Part shown: positions 37,152 to 47,813 of the stretch, in pieces | Position numbering within the stretch: position 1 is the stretch's first letter | Layout of the letters: each line of letters begins with the position of its first letter | Source: Nitrospirota bacterium | GTDB lineage: Bacteria > Nitrospirota > UBA9217 | Direction: 5' to 3' | Length of the DNA: 64,000 nt | Assembly (NCBI GenBank): GCA_963663225.1 | Contig: OY760142.1 | Location: 1,120,001 to 1,184,000, forward strand | Position numbers and translations under genes: made by a program | Notes under the pieces: generated by a model | What the model saw: the letters and a program-made list of their open reading frames with translations, nothing else | Told to the model about the DNA's origin: nothing | The model's database searches: none

Positions 37152-37707
37152 CGAGCAGAAAAAGAAAGCGGAAGATAAAATGAATAAGGCGCTTGATGCT
37201 CTCAGAAAAGAGTTCGCCGCCATACGCACGGGCAGGGCCTCGCTCGGTATCCTTGAGGGAATCATGGTTGACTACTACGGAGCACCGACGCCGCTCAGCC
37301 AGGTGGCAAACCTTGCCGTACCGGATCCGCGTCAGATTACTATCCAGCCGTGGGAACCCAAAATGCTCGGAGAAATCGAAAAAGCAATCCTGAAGTCCGA
37401 CGTCGGTCTGACCCCTTCAAACGACGGGAAAATCATCCGGCTGAACATTCCTCCCTTGACCGAAGAACGCCGTCAGCAAATCGTAAAACATGCAAAAAAA
37501 CTTGCAGAAGATGGACGGGTAGCAGTCCGCAATGTTCGCAGAGACATAAACGACGAGATCAAAAAGAAGGGCAAGGATAAAGATGCCCATGTATCAGAAG
37601 ATGAAACCAAGAAGCTGCAGGATGAAATACAAAAATCAACGGACAGCTATATCAAGAAAATCGACGAGTTGCTCGCGCATAAAGAGAAGGAAATCATGAC
37701 GGTTTAG
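37144..37707 (+). CDS. frr: Ribosome recycling factor
   Basis: [35 protein letters not shown]. Confidence 0.98.
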   Translation: MINEQKKKAEDKMNKALDALRKEFAAIRTGRASLGILEGIMVDYYGAPTPLSQVANLAVPDPRQITIQPWEPKMLGEIEKAILKSDVGLTPSNDGKIIRLNIPPLTEERRQQIVKHAKKLAEDGRVAVRNVRRDINDEIKKKGKDKDAHVSEDETKKLQDEIQKSTDSYIKKIDELLAHKEKEIMTV

Positions 37708-37773
37708 CAGACTTGTGCAATTGTAGCTCGTTTCAATAGTACAGTATAAAAAACTCGCCCTCCGCAATAAAAC

Positions 37774-37805
37774 AAAGCCGCTGATTTCCATGTTCAGCGG
37801 CTTTT
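37774..37805. terminator. Bidirectional terminator between frr and the TPR gene
   Basis: AAAGCCGCTGA/TCAGCGGCTTT stem with T tail. Confidence 0.7.
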
Positions 37806-37872
37806 ATATTTCACAGCTCCTCTTTTATAAGCAGCGCATTGTGCTACGCTGTCAAATTATGGTCGGCTGCTG

Positions 37873-38937
37873 TTACCGGTCTTTCATTATTTTCTGATAA
37901 CATGCGGCGCTTCGAATGTTCGCGAGATCGGGATCGCTCTTGATGCGCTCCCACTTGTCATATCCGGCATCAATTGCCTTTCCAAGCCAGACACAGGATT
38001 CTTCAATGTTTTTTTTCGTCGCATAGACACACGCAAGGTTATAATACGCAGATCGTTCGTTGGGATTGAGCTCTATAGCTTTTCCATAGTCGGTAATTGC
38101 CTTATCAAGCTGCCCGGCAGTTTGGTGGGCTGCCCCGCGGTTGCTGTAAGCCTTGGCAAATTTCGGGTTAAGCTCGATGGCCTTGCTGAAGTGCAGAATA
38201 GCCTGTTCAGGCTGGCCCTTGGCCAGAGCAGCGGCACCCAGATTATTGTAACCTTCCTCGTTCTTCGGATCCAGTTCTACGACCTTTTTAAAATCGTCGA
38301 TGGCTTTGTCAAGTTTTCCCTGCAGCATGTAGGAATCTCCCCGGTTCTTGTATGCATCGACATACTGGAGATTCAGCTCAATGGCCTTGCTGAAATCGGC
38401 AATACCTTTGTCAAGTTTTCCCTGTGCTATATAGTTAATCCCCCTATAGAAGTATGCCTGAAATAATGTTGGATTAAGCTGGATCACTTTGTTATAGTCG
38501 GCAATTGCTTTTTCGAACTGATCTTGAGCCTGATAGGCAGCTCCCCGATTAAAATATGCCCGGTCATACTTCGGATTAATTTTTATTGCTTTACTGAAAT
38601 CAGCAATTCCCAGATCAGGCTTCCCTTCAAGCACATAGGTATTTCCGCGATTATTATAGGCCTCGGCATATTTTGGATTCAGCTTAATGGCCTGGTTGAA
38701 ATCGGCTATTGCCAGATCCAACTGTGCTTTCGCCTGATAAGCAAGCCCGCGGTATAAGTAGGATCGTGCCGTATTCTGCCCTTTTGCCACGCCGGCAATC
38801 TGCTGTGTGCATATTTTAATCGTTTCGTCGTGCTTTCCCTGCTGCAGTGATTCAAAACACGGGTCCGACTGAGCCCCCGCGCTCGATGCTGTTAAAAGGC
38901 CTATAGCCAGCATTGCAACCATACAATATCTTTTCAT
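37873..38937 (-). CDS. Secreted tetratricopeptide repeat protein
   Basis: Signal peptide; about 8 regular 34-aa TPRs (AYNNRG...AIADFSKAIELNP); C-terminal YNLAC...DPDL end domain. Confidence 0.92.
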   Translation of the reverse strand: MKRYCMVAMLAIGLLTASSAGAQSDPCFESLQQGKHDETIKICTQQIAGVAKGQNTARSYLYRGLAYQAKAQLDLAIADFNQAIKLNPKYAEAYNNRGNTYVLEGKPDLGIADFSKAIKINPKYDRAYFNRGAAYQAQDQFEKAIADYNKVIQLNPTLFQAYFYRGINYIAQGKLDKGIADFSKAIELNLQYVDAYKNRGDSYMLQGKLDKAIDDFKKVVELDPKNEEGYNNLGAAALAKGQPEQAILHFSKAIELNPKFAKAYSNRGAAHQTAGQLDKAITDYGKAIELNPNERSAYYNLACVYATKKNIEESCVWLGKAIDAGYDKWERIKSDPDLANIRSAACYQKIMKDR

Positions 38938-39075
38938 GGGACCTCCTTGGAAATACATGTTCATAATAACACAGATATTTTTCAATGAGAAGAAAAAATC
39001 AGAATGAATTCCACAAAGCTCATGCTTATGAGCTCAGAAGATTTTTAACAGGAGAGAGGGTGAGTGTGCGACGGG

Positions 39076-40053
39076 CTACAACTCGGTGGATATCGGATCT
39101 GCAACAGTGCCTGATTTATTCTTTGACATGTTTTCTGTTTTCAGTTTACGGGTATTATAAAAGGTAGCGATAATCCCGCTGACAAGAATGACGGCAATGC
39201 CAGACCATCCAAGCCAACCGAGGACATCATTCCAAATCAGGATCCCCCAAATACTGGAAAAGATGATCCCTGTGTACTGCAGATTAGCGGTCACCAGCGT
39301 TTTGCCGAACCGGTACGCCCGTGTCATTGCCATCTGCGCAACGGTTGCGCTGATGCCCATTGCAAGCAGCACAATAACCCCCTTGCTGCTGTGGGCGTGC
39401 CACTCAAAAGCTTTATCGTGCGGAAAATTCCCTCCGAAGAGACTTCCCAGAAAACCTACGATCATTCCCATCGCAGATAAATAGAACACTATGCGATATT
39501 CCGGTTCCCCCAATCGTCCAAGATGCCGCACCTGGAGATATGCGATTGCGGCCACCATACCCGAAACGAGTGCAACAATGCCGCCGAACCACTGATCTGC
39601 ATGAATTGAAGGGCGCAGGAGCATGATTACACCGCCAAAACTCAGGACAATGGCGGCGGTAAGGCTCCACTCAAAACGGGCTTTCCCCAGCCACCACCCG
39701 CCGATAAACAAGATTGCGGCAATCCAGATGGGAGACATGTAATTGAGCGTCATCACGGTTGCAAGCGGCAGCTGGCCGAGCGCAAAAAACCAAAGCCACA
39801 TGGACAGGACGCCGACCAAACTGCGCCGCAGGTGGTGCCAGGGAAACGATGTTTTCAGCGTGCCGCCATGATACCGAAGGTAGGCATAGGTAAAAACAAC
39901 CCCAATGGCACCGCGGTACATCACAATCTCCGATGTCGTGTACATGTTCGACGCCAATTTAACGCACACGCTCATGATTGAAAACACAAAGGCTGCAAAC
40001 AACATCCAAAGGGATTGCAGTGGCGAATCAGCAGGATGGGACGTCTTGTGCAA
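39076..40053 (-). CDS. DMT/EamA family transporter
   Basis: About 10 TM helices; LNYMSPIW, VRHLGRLGEPEYRIVFY, QMAMTRAY. Confidence 0.9.
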   Translation of the reverse strand: MHKTSHPADSPLQSLWMLFAAFVFSIMSVCVKLASNMYTTSEIVMYRGAIGVVFTYAYLRYHGGTLKTSFPWHHLRRSLVGVLSMWLWFFALGQLPLATVMTLNYMSPIWIAAILFIGGWWLGKARFEWSLTAAIVLSFGGVIMLLRPSIHADQWFGGIVALVSGMVAAIAYLQVRHLGRLGEPEYRIVFYLSAMGMIVGFLGSLFGGNFPHDKAFEWHAHSSKGVIVLLAMGISATVAQMAMTRAYRFGKTLVTANLQYTGIIFSSIWGILIWNDVLGWLGWSGIAVILVSGIIATFYNTRKLKTENMSKNKSGTVADPISTEL

Positions 40054-40096
40054 ACATATCTCCTTGCGATGGATTATTGCAAAACACGAAATAAGA

Positions 40097-40126
40097 GAGA
40101 GCTGATTTTCAGAGAAACCAGCTCTC
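40097..40126 (-). terminator. Terminator-like hairpin after tctC
   Basis: GAGAGCTG/CAGCTCTC stem. Confidence 0.45.
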
Positions 40127-40173
40127 CTGATTATACCTCATTATGTCGTGGAGATTTTCTAAAACGGCACCTT

Positions 40174-41154
40174 CTACAGCGTAATATTCAATTCCTTGAT
40201 CAGGTCCGCATAATCCTTAGATGCCCTCTTCAAGAACACCGTCCACTCTTTTGTGTTTTGATACATGATCGGCTGATAGAGGTCAGCCATGATTTTTTTG
40301 TATTCCGGATCTTCACTGACTTTCTTCAACGTCGCAGAAAGATATTGGATCACTTCCTTGGGTGTTCCGGCCGGAGCCGCGACGCCTTTCACCGAACCCC
40401 ATGTGTAGACATTGACGCCCTGTTCCTTCAGCGTCGGGATGTTCGGCAGTGCCGGATCGCGTTCAAGAAGAGCAACCCCGATAGCTTTAAACCGCCCCGC
40501 CTTGATATGCGGCATTACTTCGGAGGGATGTCCGCTTCCTACGACGAGATGTCCGCCTGCCAAAGCTGTTGAAGCTTCGGCGCCGCCGGAGAAGGGGACC
40601 GTCACAATCTTGATGTTAGCACGCTTGGCAAGCGCTTTCATGGTAATGTCCTGTGCGCCGGCGGAAACGGAAACAGCCGCGGTGATCTTGTTGCCTGCGT
40701 TTGCAAAGGCGATAAGATCCTGTATAGAGTTGATTGGCGATTTAGCGCCGACGCAGACCACGACTGAATGGATTGACGTCCTCGAAACCGGCGCGAGATC
40801 TTTGAACGGGTCATACGGCAGTTTCTGCAGGTGCGGCATGACCAGATCATGCCCGGAACCGTAGCCGAAATAAAGAGTGTAGCCGTCAGGTTTTGACCGA
40901 ACAACGTACTCGGTGCCCATAACACCGCCTGCACCTGGCTTATTAATAATGATCAACGGCTGGGAGCTGTACTTCTTCCATACTTTTTCCACAGCGCGCG
41001 CTGCGAGATCAGTGGAGCCGCCCGCAGCCATCGGGACGATCATCTGTATTGGTTTGGTCGGAAATTGCTCGGCTCCGAAACTCGCGCCGGATGTTGTCAG
41101 GGTGAAAATCATGCTTGCCGCCAATAATAAAACAAGCGTTCGCATTCGTACCAT
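40174..41154 (-). CDS. tctC: Tripartite tricarboxylate transporter substrate-binding protein (TctC/Bug)
   Basis: Signal peptide; FPTKPIQMIVPMAAGGSTD, NKPGAGG, PDGYTL, IPTLKEQG. Confidence 0.93.
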   Translation of the reverse strand: MVRMRTLVLLLAASMIFTLTTSGASFGAEQFPTKPIQMIVPMAAGGSTDLAARAVEKVWKKYSSQPLIIINKPGAGGVMGTEYVVRSKPDGYTLYFGYGSGHDLVMPHLQKLPYDPFKDLAPVSRTSIHSVVVCVGAKSPINSIQDLIAFANAGNKITAAVSVSAGAQDITMKALAKRANIKIVTVPFSGGAEASTALAGGHLVVGSGHPSEVMPHIKAGRFKAIGVALLERDPALPNIPTLKEQGVNVYTWGSVKGVAAPAGTPKEVIQYLSATLKKVSEDPEYKKIMADLYQPIMYQNTKEWTVFLKRASKDYADLIKELNITL

Positions 41155-41230
41155 TGTGTCCTCCTTATTCGTATGGTTGTTTTCGGCCAATTGCTTATTT
41201 CTTGGTCTGAATCGACCTCCTCCTTTCCTG

Positions 41231-42745
41231 CTATCCTGTTGGCGCAGATGATTGTGGTGCTCGTATCTTTTTCATAATAACAAAAAAGATTTGTCCGATA
41301 ATTAAGAGGAATAGTACAGCCAGCAGCGTCCCGGAAACCGGGCGGGTAGCGAAAATGGTCACATCCCCTCCGGAAATCAGAAGCGACTGTCTCAGTGATC
41401 GTTCAAGAATGGGTCCGAGAACAAAAGCAAGCGGCAACGGCGCCGGGTCGAAGTTTAATTTTCGCATAAGATAGCCGACCGCCGCAAAAAATAACATCGA
41501 GTAAATATCAAAGACCTGGTTCTGGGTGCTGTAAACTCCTATTGTCGTAAAAAGAATGATAACCGGCGCCAGAATTCCATAGGGCACCCGGAGCATCTGT
41601 ACCCAGAGTCCCACCATGGGAAGATTCAGAATCAACAGCATGGCGTTTCCCACATACATCGAAGCAATGACACCCCAGAATACGTCAGGGTGCTCCGCTA
41701 CCAGAAATGGGCCCGGGGTTATTCCCTGGATCATCAGAGCTGCAAAAATCATGGCGATTGAGGCATTGCCCGGGATCCCGAGCGTAAGCAGGGGAATGAA
41801 GGAGGAGCTCGAGGCAGCATTGTTCGCGGATTCAGGTCCGGCAACCCCTTCAATGGCGCCTTTTCCAAATTCTTCCGGATGCTTCGAATATTTTTTTTCT
41901 ACAGCGTAAGAAGCAAGTGATGAAATTACCGCACCGCCGCCCGGAATAATGCCGATGAAAAATCCTAATACGGAGCCGCGAAATATCGCCCATTTTGATT
42001 GGGCCCAGTCCTTGAGCGTCGGAAATACTTTTCCGATTTTTGTGGTTACAATCTCGGTTTTAAATTTTGATTCCAGATTGTACAGTATTTCTCCAAGGCC
42101 AAAGACTCCCATTGCAAGAGTGACGAAGTCGAATCCTCCCTGCAAACCAATGCTGCCGAAGGTAAACCGGACTTTTCCCGAGATCGGATCAAGCCCTACC
42201 ATCGACAGCAGGAGTCCGAGAAAAAGGATGATCAACCCCTTTGTAATCGAACTTCCGGAGAGAGACACCGCGAGCAGGAGTCCGAGCAAGGTCATCGAAA
42301 AATATTCCGGCGGCCCGAAGGCAAGCGCAAAACCGGCGAGCGGAGGAGCAAAAAACGTAAGACCGATTACCGCGACAGTGCCGGCGATAAAGGATCCGAT
42401 TGCAGCGATGCCCAGCGCGGCACCAGCCCGCCCTTTTTTTGCCATCTGGTACCCATCAATGCACGTAACCACCGAAGCTGCCTCACCCGGAAGATTCAGC
42501 AGAATTGACGTGGTGGAGCCGCCGTACATGGATCCATAAAAGATGCCCGCCATCATGATGATTGCGGTAACCGGGGAGCCGATGATATAGGTCATGGGCA
42601 GCAAAAGCGCGATGGTGGCGGCAGGGCCCAGTCCCGGAAGTACGCCGATCGCCGTGCCGATGACCGCACCGAGGAGGCAAAACAGCACGTTCGTGCCTGT
42701 CAGGGCTATGGAAAAACCATTAATCAAACCATTGAAGATATCCAT
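41231..42745 (-). CDS. tctA: Tripartite tricarboxylate transporter permease TctA
   Basis: GVLPGLG, YGGSTTSILLNLPG, DGYQMAKKG, GPPEYF, GPESANNA, PLLTLGIPG. Confidence 0.95.
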   Translation of the reverse strand: MDIFNGLINGFSIALTGTNVLFCLLGAVIGTAIGVLPGLGPAATIALLLPMTYIIGSPVTAIIMMAGIFYGSMYGGSTTSILLNLPGEAASVVTCIDGYQMAKKGRAGAALGIAAIGSFIAGTVAVIGLTFFAPPLAGFALAFGPPEYFSMTLLGLLLAVSLSGSSITKGLIILFLGLLLSMVGLDPISGKVRFTFGSIGLQGGFDFVTLAMGVFGLGEILYNLESKFKTEIVTTKIGKVFPTLKDWAQSKWAIFRGSVLGFFIGIIPGGGAVISSLASYAVEKKYSKHPEEFGKGAIEGVAGPESANNAASSSSFIPLLTLGIPGNASIAMIFAALMIQGITPGPFLVAEHPDVFWGVIASMYVGNAMLLILNLPMVGLWVQMLRVPYGILAPVIILFTTIGVYSTQNQVFDIYSMLFFAAVGYLMRKLNFDPAPLPLAFVLGPILERSLRQSLLISGGDVTIFATRPVSGTLLAVLFLLIIGQIFFVIMKKIRAPQSSAPTG

Positions 42746-42758
42746 GCCGTGTTCTCCT

Positions 42759-43214
42759 TTACCGTAAAAAGAATTCCTGCGGGATGGGTACCTTCAGAAC
42801 GTAGGCGAACAGTGCATACATTGCAATGGTACCAAGAAAAGAAATAATCAGCGTCTTCCCCCATTTTTCTCGTTCAATAATTTGCTGCCACGCCATCATG
42901 AATATCAATGTCGAGGTAAGATATCCGATTGTTTCGAATGCCCAGCCATAGACCACCATGAGGAGCAGCGAGATCAGCGGCCTGTGCCAGCGACTTTTTT
43001 CCGCGGCCTCGTCCTTGGTCGCCTTGTGCGATAATTGCAGCTTAAGTGTCCAGACAACACCGAGAATTATCAGTCCTGCCCCGCATAAAAAAGGGAAAAA
43101 CCCGGCATCAGGCATAAAAATCGAGCCGAGGTTCAAGACGCGCCAGGAGTAATACATAGTCAGAGCGCCAAGCATGACAGTGATCACAGCCGCAAGCCGT
43201 TCGTATTTATTCAC
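42759..43214 (-). CDS. tctB: Tripartite tricarboxylate transporter TctB
   Basis: Four TM helices, PDAGFFP, LKVPIP; upstream of tctA. Confidence 0.9.
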   Translation of the reverse strand: MNKYERLAAVITVMLGALTMYYSWRVLNLGSIFMPDAGFFPFLCGAGLIILGVVWTLKLQLSHKATKDEAAEKSRWHRPLISLLLMVVYGWAFETIGYLTSTLIFMMAWQQIIEREKWGKTLIISFLGTIAMYALFAYVLKVPIPQEFFLR

Positions 43215-43261
43215 AAAAGCGTTCCCCCTTTTCGGTGGAGCTCAACTACCTGCATGGAAAC

Positions 43262-44146
43262 CTACCGCTTTACCTCGATATGGGCCTGCTTTTCATAATA
43301 CCGCACAAGACTGCAGTGGTCGTTGTTGCCCATGCCGTCGACTTTGAGCGCCTGCATCATTTCCATTACCGCTGACGTAAGCGGCAGCGGCACGCCGACT
43401 TCATGGGACGTTTCCAGAACATTGCCGAGGTCTTTGATATGCAGATTGATGCGGAATCCCGGGTCGAATTTACGGTCCATAACCAGCGGAGCTTTTGCAT
43501 CAAGGACGGTGCTGCCTGCCAACCCTCCTCTGATGGCTTTATATACCAGCTCCGGCTCGACTCCGGCCTTGCTCGCCAGGACCAAAGCTTCAGACATGGC
43601 CGCAATATTAATAGCAACAATGATCTGGTTGGCGAGCTTTGTCACGTTGCCCGCGCCGATGTCGCCGGTCAGCACCACTGAGGCCGCCATGGCTTTCATG
43701 ATGGGAAAACATTTTTCAAAAATTTCCTTTTTACCGCCGACCATAACCGACAACGTGCCGTCAATCGCTTTCGGTTCTCCACCGCTCACCGGAGCATCTA
43801 GCATTTCTACGCCTTTTTCGGAGAGCTTCTTCGCCACTTCCCTGCTTACCAAGGGTGCGATAGAACTCATGTCAATGACAACAGCACCTGTTCGTGCGCC
43901 TTCGATAACTCCGTTTTCTCCTAAAACCACCTGTTTCACCTGTGGAGAATTAGGCAGCATGGTAATAATATAGTCCACCTGCTGCGCGACCTCTTTGGGA
44001 GTAGCAGCCGATTTTGCTCCCGCAGCAACAACGTCATCTACTGCTGCTTTCACAACATCACACACAACCAGCTCATAGCCTGCTTTGGCCAGATTTTTGC
44101 TCATGGGCTTGCCCATGATGCCGAGTCCGATAAATCCGATTTTCAT
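43262..44146 (-). CDS. garR: 2-hydroxy-3-oxopropionate (tartronate semialdehyde) reductase
   Basis: MKIGFIGLGIMGKPMSKNL, DAPVSGGEPKAIDGTL, KLANQ, AIRGGLAGSTVLDAKAP, PGFRINLHIKDL. Confidence 0.9.
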   Translation of the reverse strand: MKIGFIGLGIMGKPMSKNLAKAGYELVVCDVVKAAVDDVVAAGAKSAATPKEVAQQVDYIITMLPNSPQVKQVVLGENGVIEGARTGAVVIDMSSIAPLVSREVAKKLSEKGVEMLDAPVSGGEPKAIDGTLSVMVGGKKEIFEKCFPIMKAMAASVVLTGDIGAGNVTKLANQIIVAINIAAMSEALVLASKAGVEPELVYKAIRGGLAGSTVLDAKAPLVMDRKFDPGFRINLHIKDLGNVLETSHEVGVPLPLTSAVMEMMQALKVDGMGNNDHCSLVRYYEKQAHIEVKR

Positions 44147-44180
44147 TGTCAGTGCTCCTTTTTTCAGAGATTTGCTTTCT

Positions 44181-44972
44181 TTATAAGTTATATCCAAAAT
44201 TCGAAATCCATTTTAGTGAAGAGCTGCTGTCGGGACTTGGTATGTATTCCAGCCCGATGAATCCCCGATAACCAAGTGCATCCAACTCCCTTATTATAAA
44301 GGGATAGTTTATTTCTCCGGTCCCGGGCTGGTGTCTGCCCGGATTATCTGCAATCTGTATATGGCCGATTTTAGCAATATGTTTGCGCAACGTGGCGGCA
44401 AGCTCGCCTTCTTCCCGCTGTGCGTGATAAACATCATACTGCATAAAAACATTCTGCATTCCGACTTCATCGATAAGCTTCATTACCTGGTCGGTTCTGT
44501 TCAGAACAAAACCGGGAATATCAAAATGGTTGATTGCTTCCACGACCAGCCGCAGATTCTTTTTTTGAAGAGCCTCTGCGGCAAACCGGACGTTGTCAAC
44601 CAGCGTTGCCCAGTGCCGGTTATCATCAATTCCGGGCCGTTTTTTTCCGGCAAGGCAATTAAGCTGGGGAACTCCAAGTTTTAATGCATAGTCCAGTGCC
44701 TTTTCGACACCTGCCCTGAACTCATTTACTCTCTCGGGATCGGCAGCTATACCGCGATCTCCTTTTGCCCAGTCTCCGCTCGGGAGGTTAAAAAGAACCT
44801 GCTGTTGTCCGTTTTTTTCCAATTGCGATTTCAGCGTGTCAGCGGGAAAGTCGTACGGAAACAGATATTCAACTGTTGTAAAACCGGCATTTTTGGCCAG
44901 GTCGAACCGTTCAAGAAACGGGACTTCGGTAAACAGCATTGTCAAATTCACTGCGAATTTCGGCATACGCAT
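44181..44972 (-). CDS. hyi: Hydroxypyruvate isomerase family protein
   Basis: FAVNLTMLFTE, VEYLFPY, EAINHFDIPGF, YDVYH.Q, HIQIADNPGRHQPGTGEINY. Confidence 0.9.
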   Translation of the reverse strand: MRMPKFAVNLTMLFTEVPFLERFDLAKNAGFTTVEYLFPYDFPADTLKSQLEKNGQQQVLFNLPSGDWAKGDRGIAADPERVNEFRAGVEKALDYALKLGVPQLNCLAGKKRPGIDDNRHWATLVDNVRFAAEALQKKNLRLVVEAINHFDIPGFVLNRTDQVMKLIDEVGMQNVFMQYDVYHAQREEGELAATLRKHIAKIGHIQIADNPGRHQPGTGEINYPFIIRELDALGYRGFIGLEYIPSPDSSSSLKWISNFGYNL

Positions 44973-45002
44973 GCTCCTTTTTCCATAAATTGTCCTTCGT
45001 TG

Positions 45003-45899
45003 CTATTTTTTTATCAATTTCATTTTTATTAAAATATCTCTTAACTTGGCCATATTTGGTTCCGTGCAGTGATCTATGGGCTTTATGGGGTCACCCATAT
45101 TGATGCCCATCAGGTTGAGCGCGTCTTTCATGACAACCGGAAAACTGCCGAGTCCAAATCCGATCCGAAGCGGGGCAAGCCGGTACTGGGCCTCCAGAGA
45201 GCCTTTTATATCTCCTGCCATGAACTTATCATAAATTTCTACGACCAATGTCGGAGCAATATTGGCCGTGGCAGCAACGCATCCCCAGCCTCCATACGCA
45301 AGGGTGCCGAATATCATGGTGTCTCTGCCGGACATTACACGAAAGCCTCTGTCGCGGGTCCGTCGGATGTATTCTGACGTAAGCGTCATATCACCGCTGC
45401 TGTCTTTTGCCCCGACGATATTCGGCACATCCGCAAGCCGGTCGACCAGGTCTGCGGACATGTTAATATTGGTTCTGTCAGGATTGTTGTACAGAATGAT
45501 CGGAAGCGACGTGGATTCTGCAATGGCGCGAAAATGCCGGTACAGTTCCTCCTCGTTCGGTTTGATAAAAACGGGCGTCAATACCGTGACCGCCTGGGCC
45601 TTCAGCTCTTCAGCGAGTTTTGCGAGACTGATGCACTCGCGTGTCGTGATTTCACTTGCGCCTACATAAACGGGAACTCTTCCCCGTACCTGTTCCAAGG
45701 TGATTTCAATGGCCCGCCGTTTTTCTTCGGCGTTGATGCCATAAAATTCACCGGTGCTTCCCAGCACGAAAACACCATGCACCCCGCCCTTGATCACATA
45801 TTCAATCAGGTTTTCCAGACTTTTCCGTTCCACCCGGTCCTGAGCATCAACCGGCGTAATCAAGGGCGGTACAACCCCGCGGATGAATTGTGTATCCAT
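45003..45899 (-). CDS. DHDPS/NAL family class I aldolase (2-keto-3-deoxy sugar-acid aldolase-like)
   Basis: GSTGEF, LYNNP, Schiff-base Lys in GAKDSSGD; catabolic gene context. Confidence 0.88.
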   Translation of the reverse strand: MDTQFIRGVVPPLITPVDAQDRVERKSLENLIEYVIKGGVHGVFVLGSTGEFYGINAEEKRRAIEITLEQVRGRVPVYVGASEITTRECISLAKLAEELKAQAVTVLTPVFIKPNEEELYRHFRAIAESTSLPIILYNNPDRTNINMSADLVDRLADVPNIVGAKDSSGDMTLTSEYIRRTRDRGFRVMSGRDTMIFGTLAYGGWGCVAATANIAPTLVVEIYDKFMAGDIKGSLEAQYRLAPLRIGFGLGSFPVVMKDALNLMGINMGDPIKPIDHCTEPNMAKLRDILIKMKLIKK

Positions 45900-45956
45900 A
45901 ATACGGCGCCTCCTTTGTGATTTCAGTTTAATTTTCGCTTGATCTAAAACAGTGCA

Positions 45957-47642
45957 TTATGACAGCGTTGCACCTTCCGTAACGTCACCAACTTGCTTCA
46001 CGTAGCGTTTCAGAACCGGACTGTTAATTTCTTTTACTTTGATCTGCATTTTTTGTTTTCTACGGGCGAGTTCTTCATCGCTTACCAAAAGCGTTAGTGT
46101 TCTGCCGGGAATGTCTATGGTGATCGAGTCGCCTTCCTCAATATACGCTATCGTACCGCCCGCAGCGGCTTCCGGTGCGATGTGACCGATGCAGGGCCCC
46201 CGGGTCGCTCCGGAGAACCGTCCATCCGTGATGATCGCGCTTGTTTTCCCGAGACCGACACCCATAAGCGCCGCCGTGGCGGAAAACATCTCCGGCATCC
46301 CCGGCGCGCCTTTAGGCCCTTCATACCGGATTACCACGATGTCTCCCGGTTTAATTTTGTCTTCATAAATGGCTTTTTCCGCTTCGTTTTCTGAGTCAAA
46401 TACCCGCGCGGGGCCTGTATGCTGCATCATGTTCGGGTCCACGCCTGTCTGCTTGACAATGCAGCCTTTTGGGGCGATATTGCCCTTCAGAATGGCATAA
46501 CTCCCCTGTGCATGGACCGGATTGTCCAGAGGTCGGATGACTTCTTTGTTTTTGTTGATCGCTTCCTCGGCAATCCGGCCAAGCGTCAATCCTGAGCACG
46601 TTTTTTGGTTTGATTTGAGATGCGGCAGTAATTCCTTAAGCAGCGCCGGTACGCCGCCGGCAAGCTCAAAATCCCATAAGGTGTGCGGACCCGCTGTTTT
46701 GAGATTGATGATGTGGGGTGTTTGCCTGCTTGCTTCTTCAATGTCGTCAAGCGTGATGCGAATGCCCATTTCCCTGGCAATTGCGGGAATGTGAATGGCT
46801 GCATTGCTCGATCCGCCGAATGCCGCAATGAATTTCAAGAGATTAAGAAAACTGTCTCTGTTGATATAATCTGCAGGCTTGATATCTTCGCGAACCATCC
46901 GCACGATTTCGCGGCCGCTCTGAATGGCGATTCTTTTTTTGGCAGACGTTACCGCGTGAGATGCACCGCATCCCGGCAGGCTCATGCCCAGAACTTCCGC
47001 GGCACAGGACATGGTGTTCGCGGTTCCGTTCATGGCACAGGAACCGGCGCCCGGACAAACGGAACATTCAAGCTCCTTTGCTTCCTCATCGGTATACTCG
47101 TCTTTTACCCATTTCCCGACCCCTTCCCGCATGTCGGGTATTGCGACGGACTTTCCCTTGAATACACCCGGCATCATCGGACCGCCGGTCACCATCACAG
47201 CCGGAATATTCAGCCTTCCGATGGCCATCATCATGCCGGGGACTATCTTGTCGCAGGAACAAAGGCAGACAAGGCCGTCCAGCTGCTGCCCCTGTGCCAT
47301 GAGTTCTATGCTGTCGACAATAAAATCGCGGCTCGGCAGCGTAAACCGCATACCCACATGTCCATGCACGATTCCGTCGCACAGGGCGATTGTGTTAAAT
47401 TCCCAGGGAATTCCGCCTGACGCCCAGACCCCTTTCTTTACCTCCTCGGCCAGAGCTCTGAGGTGCACATGTCCGGGATGCATTTCGTTCCAGGAATTGG
47501 CTATTCCAATAAACGGTTTTTCAAAATCACCATCAAGCAACCCCAGAGACCGCAGGTGTGCGCGATGTCCGGCTCGGTTCGGTCCGCAAACAACGGCTTT
47601 GCTCCTGAAGGTTTTGGCAACGGGAAAATAGTCTTTTTTCAT
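45957..47642 (-). CDS. IlvD/Edd family dehydratase (probable sugar-acid dehydratase)
   Basis: ANSWNE..PGH.HL, CDG, CDKIVPG, GSC...TANTM, RYEGPKGAPGMPEM, TDGRFSGAT. Confidence 0.93.
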   Translation of the reverse strand: MKKDYFPVAKTFRSKAVVCGPNRAGHRAHLRSLGLLDGDFEKPFIGIANSWNEMHPGHVHLRALAEEVKKGVWASGGIPWEFNTIALCDGIVHGHVGMRFTLPSRDFIVDSIELMAQGQQLDGLVCLCSCDKIVPGMMMAIGRLNIPAVMVTGGPMMPGVFKGKSVAIPDMREGVGKWVKDEYTDEEAKELECSVCPGAGSCAMNGTANTMSCAAEVLGMSLPGCGASHAVTSAKKRIAIQSGREIVRMVREDIKPADYINRDSFLNLLKFIAAFGGSSNAAIHIPAIAREMGIRITLDDIEEASRQTPHIINLKTAGPHTLWDFELAGGVPALLKELLPHLKSNQKTCSGLTLGRIAEEAINKNKEVIRPLDNPVHAQGSYAILKGNIAPKGCIVKQTGVDPNMMQHTGPARVFDSENEAEKAIYEDKIKPGDIVVIRYEGPKGAPGMPEMFSATAALMGVGLGKTSAIITDGRFSGATRGPCIGHIAPEAAAGGTIAYIEEGDSITIDIPGRTLTLLVSDEELARRKQKMQIKVKEINSPVLKRYVKQVGDVTEGATLS

Positions 47643-47813
47643 ATTTTACCTCTCACTCTTCGTGATTCGGGTCGCGCAATTGCTCGTTTAAGACATTGTT
47701 GGAACTTCCTTCGCTTTTACACGCTGCACGTTGTTCATAAACCATGTTTCCTTCTTGACAGCCCTGACGGTCCTGCTGTTTCAATCGCAGAAGTTATTAT
47801 GGTGTTCATATCT

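Noticed and set aside
38100-38760. 102-bp periodic DNA repeats as a CRISPR-like array
   Set aside because: They are coding TPR units of 34 aa; no CRISPR array or cas gene seen in the window
43262-44972. Tetronate (threonate/erythronate) pathway LtnD-OtnI
   Set aside because: No OtnK kinase or OtnC decarboxylase; the dehydrogenase carries GarR-like motifs
45003-47642. Biosynthetic dapA and ilvD
   Set aside because: Catabolic context (GntR, TTT transporter, garR, hyi) and diverged motifs; gene symbols withheld
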